In this document: positions 1 to 12,200 of the stretch, piece after piece
Layout: every line of letters starts with the position of its first letter
Position numbering within the stretch: position 1 is the first letter of the stretch
NCBI GenBank assembly: GCA_040954595.2
Contig: CM082598.2
Location: 7,331,097 to 7,395,096, forward strand
Length of the DNA: 64,000 nt
From: Balanoglossus misakiensis
Taxonomy: Eukaryota; Animalia; Hemichordata
Direction: 5' to 3'
The notes under the pieces: model-generated
The model's input: the letters and a program-made list of their open reading frames with translations, nothing else
Told to the model about the DNA's origin: nothing
Database searches by the model: none
Translations under genes and position numbers: made by a program

Positions 1-110
1 GAACAATGTCATAACATTTGAAACGTAGTGTGAGTGTTCCTAAAGAAACAAACAAACAAAAACTTTTTATACCGATAGAATTAATCAACAGAAGTCAGGT
101 TGGTATTTAC

Positions 111-209
111 CTTGTTTTGTATGGTCACATCAGCTTTGTGTTCCAATAACAATCTGACACGGCCTTCATCACCAAACCCTGCTGCATTATGCAAAGGGGT
201 GTCTCCATT
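111..209 (-). CDS. Ankyrin cassette exon NGDTPLHNAAGFGDEGRVRLLLEHKADVTIQNK
   Basis: 99 bp, conserved splice flanks. Confidence 0.88.
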
Positions 210-3200
210 CTGTAAGTAATGGAAGAGGAGCATGAGAACAATGTTACAAAAATTGAAATGTAATGTGAAATTTCCTTAAACAAGCAAATAAACAAAAAAA
301 TGAATAAATCTTTCTCACACTCCTGGCACGCTGGGAGTGTGGGATCAGTGTGAGATCAAATCGATCCCACACTCTCACTGAATCGAAAGCTGTCTATGAC
401 ATGAGCGCTGATTGGTTGACAAAGTGTTCTTTTGCTAATGTGCGCTAAATGTTATCCAATCACGCGATGTGTATTATAAGGACAGAGACCACAACGTGAC
501 TGGACGACAGTTCCAGAGTCATTTATTCAATGTTTTTAACGAATTTGGTTAATTTGTGACTCTGTGAGAAATATAATCTCATATTTCATCCCAAAGTCAC
601 CTGCAGCTCGTTTGGGACAGAAAATCCCCAACTCATGTGAGAAATATGATCCCAGGTCCTTGGGAGTGTCATATTCTATTATTCCACATTGATAGAATAA
701 GCCTGCAGAAGTCAGGTTGGTATTTACCTTGTTTTGTATGGTCACATCAGCTTTGTGTTCCAATAACAATCTGACACGGCCTTCATCACCAAACCCTGCT
801 GCATTATGCAAAGGGGTGTCTCCATTCTGTAAGTAATGGAAGAGGAGCATGAGAACAATGTTACAAAAATTGAAATGTAATGTGAAATTTCCTTAAACAA
901 GCAAATAAACAAAAAAATGAATAAATCTTTCTCACACTCCTGGCACGCTGGGAGTGTGGGATCAGTGTGAGATCAAATCGATCCCACACTCTCACTGAAT
1001 CGAAAGCTGTCTATGACACGAGCGCTGATTGGTTGACAAAGTGTTCTTTTGCTAATGTGCGCTAAATGTTATCCAATCACGCGATGTGTATTATAAGGAC
1101 AGAGACCACAACGTGACTGGACGACAGTTCCAGAGTCATTTATTCAATGTTTTTAACGAATTTGGCTAATTTGTGACTCTGGGAGAAATATAATCTCATA
1201 TTTCATCCCAAAGTCACCTGCAGCTCGTTTGGGACAGAAAATCCCCAACTCATGTGAGAAATATGATCCCAGGTCCTTGGGAGTGTCATATTCTATTATT
1301 CCACATTGATAGAATAAGCCTGCAGAAGTCAGGTTGGTATTTACCTTGTTTTGTATGGTCACATCAGCGTTGTGTTCCAATAACAACCTGACACTGCCTT
1401 CACCACCATAGCTTCCTGCTGCATAATGCAAAGGGGTGTCTCCATGCTGTAAGTAATGAAGGAGGAACATGATGAGGATGTCAAAAAAACTGTAACATGT
1501 AACATGAGGTTATTTTGTTAAAATGAACGACCGAACAAACACACAAACAACAAATTGTCATCGCAAACTCCCTTGTGGATAATATTAACAAGCTAAATAA
1601 ATTCCGACGAAATATCTGCCAGTTGATACATTAAGAAAAGTTACTCCCAATAATTCACAAACAAACTCAAATTTGACAATTTGCAAAACAAATAACATTA
1701 CGGATAACCAATACACCAATTTTAAACTGAACTTTATTTATGATTTTCTATCGAAGAATAAACACAACACAACTGACAGTGATGTAATGTTAGTGAACAT
1801 TTCCTGAATGGGACCAATTTATTTTTACACAACCTACACAATATAGAAGAAGATTTAAACAACAACTACAGTGACGTATAGTAGAATTGTCAGAAGACAC
1901 AATGGCCAATTTGGAATAATTTGAGAGGTGTGAAGATTTACGTGGAAACAGATCAAACATCTGTGCTAACCAAACTATGTTTATTTCCTGTAGGAGGGCA
2001 TCAGATTGTTCTCAGCACAAAGTAGCCAAGCTGTGCAGACTGGACGATGTCGATCAAAGGGGAAATAAAAGAGAAATTTTATGTGACAAGGGTTAAAAAA
2101 ATCATCAATAAAATAAATGTCTACTGAGTGGTCCAACAATATCAAGTAGAGTTGTGCAATGGTGTCACTAGTTATTTGTAGAAATAGTGTTTAAATAAAA
2201 AAACTTGAATTTCACACGAAAAATCATCTGAAGAAAGTTAACACTGATTCCCTTTCTCCATCACACTGCATCAAAAAGTCTAATAACCACAGCAAGACTT
2301 GAGTGGACACTGTGGCCAATGGGAATGTTTGGCAAATAAAATTAAATGCAATGAAACACTGAATGCAGTCCTTCTTTTCATGACATATCAAGAAAAAACA
2401 AAAGTATCAAAACTCTTCATAAGAGATTCCATTGAAAGCCACAGTAGCACTAACTTTCAAGAACATTTTTGTAACCATTCCAGCCGTGCCCCACACTAAA
2501 ACAGAACAGATTGGACCAGTCACACCTCCCTTAATCCTATTGTTCCCAATGTTTATCTCGTCAATATATCTTTCGCATGCTTTTAACACCTTTTCTCAGG
2601 TTCTTGAACCTGGTTGGTTAAAATTGGCTGTTCTGGCCATCTTGATCACCCCTTTGAAATGATTGGGTAAGTGTCGGACAGTGATGAGAAGCTAAGGAGC
2701 GGAGTCGCACAGACCTCATTTTTTATAAGCTTGAGCGATTTCCAAGAGAAAGAGCAATCCAAACGCTGCCGCCGTGTTGCTCAGAATGATGAAAAAAATT
2801 GTCTGACTGAACAATTTAGGGTTACAATGTATTATATTTTATAAAGTTTATAAGAGGTAAATAGGGTTGGCACTGCGCTATATTCGGCCTGAAGTACAAG
2901 CTCAAACTGGCCGACTCCTCTCGGCACCGTCAACAAGCACCCCCACCCCCAGCAAGTACCCCCGCATGGCGTGTGTGATGTGACCATGGCTGCATTTCTG
3001 TCCTTCAGTCCTAAAAGTCGCCAAACAAACCCCAGTTTAAAAGGGCCCCAATTAATCTGAGCCGCAACAAAAAGTAAAGTCTTACTCGAAATGTTGCTAT
3101 GACTATAATTCTGACACAAAACTGATCATGAGTGTGGACTGATTGCATAAAAATATTTTGAAAGTACTTCCTGTAAAAAGGGAGGCGGCTCCACACACCA

Positions 3201-6200
3201 GACTATTTTTGTTTATGTACATGATGTACTTGTGCGGGGGTTGTCAACTTGATGTAATAGCCATTCTCAAGATTTCCAATCGTTATAAGAGTGTACGAGT
3301 GTACGTAAACAAGAAAAGTAAACTCATGAATATTAAAGTAACACAAGCCTTGTTCTCACTGTATGTTTCGACACCTGTGCAGGGCCAGTGTTTACTCTCT
3401 GCAAACACAGGGGATTAGCCCACAGAATCTCTGTGCGTCCAAACTCTAAACTTTTCGACGTTGTTTTGAAATCAACACCGTCGTAAATGGCCATGTTTAG
3501 CAACACCGCAACTAACAAAATTGAGGATGTCAAGGACATTCCAGCAACATGTTTCAGTTTCTCTATACCTGCATATGCGTTCTAGACGACTTTGTCGTCG
3601 TCTTCGACAGTTTTGATATTGTTTAGAAGTAATGAATCCATAAACGGAAAATGCCTAGACATTTCGGCGATCGAGAGAACCTTCTGAACGTTTGTGGCAG
3701 ACAGAAGTGTTGCAGACTTGGCTAAAAAACACTTGCATCCAGTGTGATTGACTTCACAATGGAAAATGACCAAAGACAATAGGCTATATCTCATAAACAT
3801 ACCCAAAAGTCACTGCAGGGTGGCGCTTTTGATCGGTGTTTGTTTATCTGGATCTCACTGCATATTTCCATCGGAGCGCTGGCCCAGTACTGGCCCTGAC
3901 CAACCCCTCCTCGCCATCACAAATTAACACCTGCGCAGCACAAGTGTAAAACGTTCTGACGAAATGACGATTTTTCGACTTTGCGAAATTTCAAAATTTC
4001 TTCATATTTCGAAAAAAATCATGGGTTATAGCTCATGAAAATAATCCAAAAATGACGATTTTTTGACTTTGCGAAATTTCAAAATTTCTTCATATTTCGA
4101 AAAAAATCATGGGTTATATAGCACATGAAAATCATCCAAAAATGACGATTTTTCGACTTTGCGAAATTTCAAAATTTCCCCCTTATTTTAAAAAAAAATC
4201 ATGGGTTATAGCACATGAAAATTTCAAAATGTTCCCCTTATTTTGAAAAAAACATGGGTTATAGCTCATGAAAATCATCCAAAAATGACAATTTTTCGAC
4301 TTTGCGAAATTTCAAAATTTCTTCATATTTCGAAAAAAATCAGGGGTTTAAGCTCATGAAAATAATCCAAAAATGACGATTTTTTGACTTTGCGAAATTT
4401 CAAAATTTCTTCATATTTCTAAAAAAAATCATGGGTTATAGAACATGAAAATCATCCAAAAATGACGATTTTTCGACTTTGCGAAATTTCAAAATTTCCC
4501 CCTTATTTAAAAAAAAAATCAAGGGTTATAGCACATGAAAATTTCAAAATGTTCCCCTTATTTTGAAAAAAATCATGGGTTATAGCTCATGAAAATCATC
4601 CAAAAATGACAAGTTTTCGACTTTGCGAAATTTCAAAATTTCCCCCTTATTGAAAATCATCCATAAACATTTCAGTGAGAACGTCCTAAAAGTCTCTCTC
4701 TCGCTGCGCTTTTTCCATTAATAATTTTTGATACAAGACACTATTTATGTTATTCTACCTGTGGATATATAGTGAATCAACGTTCAACCACACACACCTT
4801 CCATCCCACTTGTAGACACGAGAGTGAAAAACTCACCAAAATGAATTATCGGTGTTTACCATTTATTCATTTCGGCGAGATTTTTACTCTCATATCCTAC
4901 AAACGGGATGGAAGTTGTGTGGGGTTGAATGTTGATTCACTATATATCCACAATATACACATGTACATTAACATAAACGGTGTCTTGTATTAAACATAAT
5001 TAATGGGAAAGGGGCAGCGAAAGAGATTTGTCCTTTTAATAGACTTGGTGTGTATGGCCGATTTGAGGCAAATCGGCAATACCCACCACGTCTAAATCTG
5101 TGTTCACAGAAATATTCATGAATTAAAGATTTTTTTTTATTATTACAAAGTCCCACTAGCACAGCGCCAAATTTGCTTGAGACAGTTTGGAGCTATGGCA
5201 TTATTACATTAATTCATTAATTTTGCAAATGGGAATTAATTAAGTAAAACCCACTAAACTGTTATCATATTGTTGGTAATGAGTAATGTAAAAATTATGA
5301 ACAAAGTACCACTAAATTTGCTTTATTATTTCTGGAGATATGGCCTAATCACAAAACATCATTAAATATACAAATGAGCATTTAATAATAAGCCACACCC
5401 ATCAAAATCTAATCAAATCTAGATGTTATTATAACAATGATACATACCAAATTTCATAGCATTGGATTCAATTTCTCTCAAGATATGAGTAGAAAAAATT
5501 CTGTCAACGGACTGACAGACAGAAATCGCTGTGCCACAGAGTCCAAAAATGAGGTTATTATTTAAAACAAAAAGATTGAGGATAAACAATGCAAAAAACA
5601 ACAACATCCTTATGTTCGACAAGACAGTTGTTGGCAGATGCTGATAATCCCACTTTCTCATAACCCCAAATTGCTGACAGTGGAGATCAAATGTCTCAGA
5701 GATAGGAGAGACAATCACATCATCATCATGAGTCAATACTTGCCTGTGTCTGTACAACACCTGACTCGATAGAGGGAGTAGTTTTGATTCAAAGGACAAT
5801 GGACAAATAGATACATTGAATCCCAGACACAATTTACCAAAAAAACTACAGTGGAAATTGGGACTATTGAGAAAGCTAATACTTTTAGAATTAATATGCA
5901 GAAGTCAGGTTGGTATTTACCTTGTTTTGTATGGTCACATCAGCTTCGTGTTCCAATAACAATCTGACACTGCCTTCACCACCACCCCTCCTTGCTGCAA
6001 TATGCAAAGGGGTGTCTCCATCCTGTAAGTAATGAAGAAGGGGCATGAGAACATGTCACACAAATTGAAATGAAATGTGTAATTACCTTAAACAAACAAA
6101 TAAATGAATAAATCTTTCCGCATTGGTAGAATTAACCTGCAGAAGCCTGGTTGGTATTTACCTTGTTTTGTACGGTCACATCAGCTTCGTGTTCCAATAA

Positions 6201-9200
6201 CAATTTGACACCGCCTTCACCAAACCTTGCTGCATCATGCAAAGGGCTGTCTCCATCCTGTAAGTAATGAAGGAGGAGCATGATGAGGATGTCAAGAAAA
6301 CTGATACATGTAACATGAGGTTCTTTTGTTAAAATGAACGATCGAACAAACACACAAACGACAAATAATCGCAAACTCCCTTGTGGATAATATTAACCAA
6401 CAGTAAAATGGCATTTGAACAGAAACTGTATCGAATCTACACACAAAATGTGTAATTCAGTTTTATACATGAATTTTAACGAGCTAAAATAATTTGACAA
6501 AATATCTGCCAGTTGATACAGAAAGAAAAGTTGCTCCCAACAATTAAGAAACAAACTCAAATTTGACAACTTGCAAAACAAATAACATTACGGATAACCA
6601 ATACACCAATTTTAAATTGAACTTTATTTATGATTTTCTATCAAAGAATGAACACATCACAATTGACAGTGATGTAATGTTAAGTGAACATTTCCTGAAT
6701 GGGACCAATTTATTTTTACACAATATAGAAGAAGATTTAACCAACAACTACAGTGACGTATAGTAGAATTGTCAGAAGACACATTGCCAATTTGGAATAA
6801 TCACATCTCATCTCCAATATGATGACAAATTTGAGAGATGTGAAGATTTCCGTAGAAACAGATCTAACATGACTGTGCTAAACAAACTATGTTTATTTCC
6901 TGTAGAAGGGCATCAGACTGTTCTCAGCACAAAGTAGCCAAGCTGTGCAGACTGGACAATGTCGATCAAGGGGGAAATGAAAGAGAAATTTGAGAGATGT
7001 GAAGATTTATGTAGAAACAGATCAAACATCTGTGCTAACCAAACTATGTTTATTTCCTGTAGGAGGTCATCAGACTGTTCTCAGCACAAAGTAGCCAAGC
7101 TGTGCAGACTGGACAATGTCGATCAAAGGGGAAATGAAAGAGAAATTTGAGAGATGTGAAGATTTATGTAGAAACAGATCAAACATCTGTGCTAACCAAA
7201 CTATGTTTATTTCCTGTAGGAGGTCATCAGACTGTTCTCAGCACAAAGTAGCCAAGCTGTGCAGACTGGACGTTGTCCATCAAAGGGGAAATAAAAGAGA
7301 AATTTGAGAGATGTGAAGAGTTATGTAGAAACAGATCAAACATCTGTGCTAACCAAACTATGTTTATTTCCTGTAGGAGGGCATCAGACTGTTCTCAGCA
7401 CAAAGTAGCCAAGCTGTGCAGACTGGACGATGTCGATCAAAGGGGAAATAAAAGAGAAATTTGAGAGATGTGAAGATTTATGTAGAAACAGATCAAACAT
7501 CTGTGCTAACCAAACTATGTTTATTTCCTGCAGGAGGGCATCAGACTGTTCTCAGCACAAAGTAGCCAAGCTGTGCAGACTGGACGATGTCGATCAAAGG
7601 GGGAAATAAAAGAGAAATTTGAGAGATTTGAAGATTTATGTAGAAACAGATCAAACATCTGAGCTAACCAAACTATGTTTATTTCCTGTAGGAGGGCATC
7701 AGACTGTTCTCAGCACAAAGTAGCCAAGCTGTGAAGACTGGATGATGTCAATCAAAGGGGAAATTAAAGAGAAATTTGAGAGATGTAAAGATTTATGTAG
7801 AAACAGATCAAACATCTGTGCTAACCAAACAATGTTCATTTCCTGTAGGAGGGCATCAGAACATTCTCAGCACAAAGTAGCCAAGCTGTGCAGACTGGAC
7901 GTTGTCGATCAAAGGGGAAATTAAAGTGAAATTTGAGAGATGTAAAGATTTATGTAGAAACAGATCAAACATCTGTGCTAACCAAACTATGTATATTTCC
8001 TGTAGAAGCTAGGGCATCAGACTGTTCTCAGCACAAAGTAGCCAAGCTGTGGAGACTGGACGATGTCGATCAAAGGGGAAATTTTAGAAAAATGTTATGT
8101 GACAAGGGATTAATCAATCATCACTAAAATAAATTTCTACTGAGTGTTCCAACAATATCAAGAAGAGTTGTGCAGTGATGTCGTTTGTTATCTGTATAAA
8201 TAGTGTTTAAAAATAAAAAACTTGAATTTCACAAAAAAATCCATCTGAAAAAAGTCTAATAACCAAAGCAAGACTTAAGTGGACACTGTGGCCAATGGGA
8301 ATGTGTGGCAAATGAAATTAAATGCAATGAAACACTGAATGCAGTCATTCTTTTCATGAAATATCTGGCCATCTTGATCACCCCTTTGAAATGATTGGGT
8401 AAGTGACGGACAGTGATGAGAAGCTGAGGAGCGAAGCCGCACAGACCTCATGTTTTATAAGCTCGGCGATTTCCAAGAGAAAGACAAATCCAAACGCTGC
8501 CATCTTACTCAGAATGATGATAAAATTGTCCGACTGAAAAATTTGGTGTTACAATATATTATATTTTATGAAGTTTATAAGAGGTAAATAGGGTCGGCAC
8601 TGCGCTATTCGGCCTGAAGTACAAGCTCAAACTGGCTGACTTCTCTCGGCACCATCAACAAGCACCCCCGCCCCCACCAAGTCCCCCGCATGGCATGTGT
8701 GATGTGACCATGGCTGCGCTTCCGTCCTTCGGTCCTAAAAGTCGCCAAACACACCCCAGTTTAAAACGGCCCCAATCAGAGCCGCAACAAAAACAAGTTC
8801 TTCTGGTAAAGTCTTACTCGAAATGTTGCTATGACTATAAATCTGACACAAAACTGATCATGAGTGTGGACTGGTTGCATAAAAATGTACATGTATTTTG
8901 AAAGTACTTCCTGTTAAAAGGGAGGTGGCTCCACACATCAGACTATTTTTGTTTATGTACATGATGTACTTGTGCAGGGGTTGTCAACTTGATAGCCATT
9001 CTCAAGATTTCCAATCGTTATAAGTGCGTACGTAAACAAGTAAACTCATGAATATTAAAGGGACAAAGTCTCTCTCTCTCTCGCTGCCCTTTTCTATCAA
9101 TTATGACGTTTGATACAAGACACGGTTTATGTTATTCTACATGTGGATTTATAGTGAATCAACGTTCGACCACACACAACTTCAATCCTACTTGCAGACG

Positions 9201-12200
9201 GCAGAGTGAAAAACTCGCCAAAATGAATAATCGGTGTTTACCATTTATTCATTTTGGCGATGATTTTTACTCTCATATCCTACAAACGGGATGGAAGTTG
9301 TGTGTGGTCGAACGTTGATTCACTATATATCCACGTGTAGAATAACACAAAAAGTGTCTTGTATCAAACATAATTAATGGAAAAAGGGCAGCGAGAGAGA
9401 GATTTGTCCCTTTAATAGACTTGGTGTGTATGGCCGAAGCAAATCAGCCATACCCACCACGTCTAAACCTGTGTGGGGAAAAGCTGTCATGACTGACTGA
9501 GAGAGAGAGAGTATCAGACCCAAAGTTAAGATAATTCTCACCGCTAGATGGGACTATGTAACAAAATGTATTAGTTATACTTGGCGCCGATTACACAAAT
9601 ATCAGTGTTCATGAAATATTCATGAATTAAAGATTTTTTTATTATTACGAAGTCCTTATAGCACAGCGCCAAATTTGCTTGAGACAGTTTTGAGCTATAG
9701 CATAATTACATTAATTCATTAATTTTGCAAATGAGAATTAATTATGTGAAACCCACTAAACTCTCATCATATGGTTGGTAATGAGTAATGTAAAAATTAT
9801 GAACAAAGTTTCACTAAATTTGATTGAGTATTTCTGGAGATATGGCCTAATCACAAGAGATCATTAAATATGCAAATGAGCATTAAATAATAAGCCACAC
9901 CCATCAAAATCTATTCAGATCTAGATCTTATCATAACAATGCTACATACCAAATTTCATATCATTGGATGCTATTGGTCTCAAGTTATGAGTGGAACAAA
10001 ATCTGTCTACAGACGGACAGACATAAATCAATGCGCCAAAAATGAGGTTATTATTTAAAACACAAACGATTGGGGATAAACAATGCAAAAAAAAAACATT
10101 CTTATGTTCAACAAGACAGTTGTTGGTAGATGCAGGAGACAATCCCACTTTCTCATAACCCCAAATTGCTGACAGTGGAGATCAAATGTCATAGAGATAG
10201 GAGAGACAATCACATCATCATCATGAGTCAATTAATACTTGCCTGTGTGTGTACAACACCTGACTCGATAGAGGAGTAGTTTTGATTCAAAGGACAATGG
10301 CAAATACATGTAGATACATTGAATGCCAGACACAATTTACCACGAAAACTACAGTGGAAATTGGTACTATTGAGAAAGGTCATACTTTCAGAATTAATCT
10401 GAATTGATAGAATTAACCTGCACAAGTCAGGTTGGTATTTACCTTGTTTTGTATGGTCACATCAGCTTTGTGTTCCAATAACAATCTGACACGGCCTTCA
10501 TCACCAGACCTTACTGCTTCATGCAAGGGGGTGTCTCCATACTGTAAGTAATGAAGGAGGAGCATGAGAACAATGTCACACAAATTGAAATGAAATGTGT
10601 AATTTCCTTAAACAAACAAACAAATGAATAAATATTTCCGCATTGATAGAATTAACCTGCACAAGTCAGGTTGGTATTTACCTCGTTTTGTATGGTAACA
10701 TCAGCTTTGTGTTCCAATAACAATCTGACACGGCCTTCATCACCATACTGTGCTGCACGATGCAAAGGTGTGTCTCCTTTCTGTAAGTAATGAAAGAGGA
10801 GCATGATGAGGATGTAAAAAATACTGTAACATGTAACATGAGGTTATTTTGTTAAAATGAATGACCGAACAAACACACAAACAACAAATTGTCATCGCAA
10901 ACTCCCTTGTGGATAATATTAACCAACAGTTAATGGCATTTGAACAGAAACTGTATCGACTCTATACACACAAGATGTGTAATTCAGTTTTATACATGAA
11001 TTTTAACGAGCTATATAATTCACAAACAAACTCAAATTTGACAACTTCCAAAACAAATAACATTACGGATAACCAATACACCACTTTTATACTGAACTTT
11101 ATTTATGATTTTCTATCAAAGAATGAACACATCACAACTGACAGTGATGTAATGTTAGTGAACATTTCCTGAATGGGACCAATTTATTTTTACACAACCT
11201 ACACGATACAGAAGAAGATTTAACCAACAACTACAGTGACATTTAGTAGAATTGTCAGAAGAATTTGGAATAATCGCATCTCATCTCCAATATGATGACA
11301 AATTTGAGAGATGTGAAGATTTACATAGAAACAGATCAAACATGACTGTGCTAACCAAACTATGTTTATTTCCTGTAAGAGGGCATCAGACTGTTCTCAG
11401 CACAAAGTAGCCAAGCTGTGCAGACTGGACGATGTCGATCAAAGGGGAAATTAAAGAGAAATTTTATGTGACAAGCGATAAATCTATCATCATTAAAATA
11501 TATTTCCACTTGTTGTCCAACAATATCAAGTAGAGTTTTGCAACGATATCATTACCGGTAGTTATCTGTATAAAAAATGATTAAATAAAACAAGCGACCT
11601 AGCGTCCGTTAGAGCTCCACTGTAATGGGTTGCAGAAATGATTAGGTAACCAGTTAGCATGCAGGTTATGATGAGAAGCTGAATATTCAACAAGCAAACA
11701 TATATAGATGGTAGAAAATAAGAAAGTGTGGTGGATAGACATACACACATGGTTGAGCCTTTTTCACTAGTCCCAAAAGTACAAATATGCAAATTTAACC
11801 ACAATTTGAACAAACTAAGGTCACCCCAAGGAAGCTGCATATCAAATGTCCAATCAATTGGAGCAGCCATTTCAGAGAAGAAGATAAAAAATGATTTTTG
11901 ATCAAAAACAGGGAAAATTGCCCGAAAAATACAATATGCAAATTTCACCACAATTTGAGCAAACTTGACTTTGGTCACTCCAAGGAAGCTGCATAGAACA
12001 TTTCCAATCAATTGGAACAGAGGTTTCTGAGAAGACAAAAGAAGAAGAATGTTGACGGACGGCGAACGACATACGCCGGATGATAACTATGAGTTCACCT
12101 GTCTGATAAGCTCCGCGTCTCTGACAGCGGAGCTAAAAACTTGAATTTCACACAAAAAATCCATCTGAAGAAAGTTAACACTCGCAGTGCATCAAAAAGT

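Larger units (their letters stand above)
90..1390. repeat. 617-bp tandem duplication (exon plus intron), 2 full units and part of a third
   Basis: Exon boundaries at 111, 728 and 1345 (period 617). Only about 3 substitutions were seen between the first two units. Confidence 0.9.

Noticed and set aside
536-1470. ORF-track proteins of 104-105 aa (and similar ones at 6132, 17216, 29190, 32964) as standalone genes
   Set aside because: They are single exons read through splice sites into intron or TE sequence.
2290-3080. Rhodopsin-type GPCR pseudogene (ACDRY motif, hydrophobic segments)
   Set aside because: The sequence before DRY is not a hydrophobic TM3 and the motif spacing is too long. It is kept only as an unidentified decayed ORF.
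6827-8085. 157-bp arrays (also 25524-26582) as a CRISPR array or as repeated 63-aa genes
   Set aside because: Whole units are near-identical with no unique spacers, there are no cas genes and the context is eukaryotic. The unit length is not a multiple of 3, so the ORFs are artefacts.
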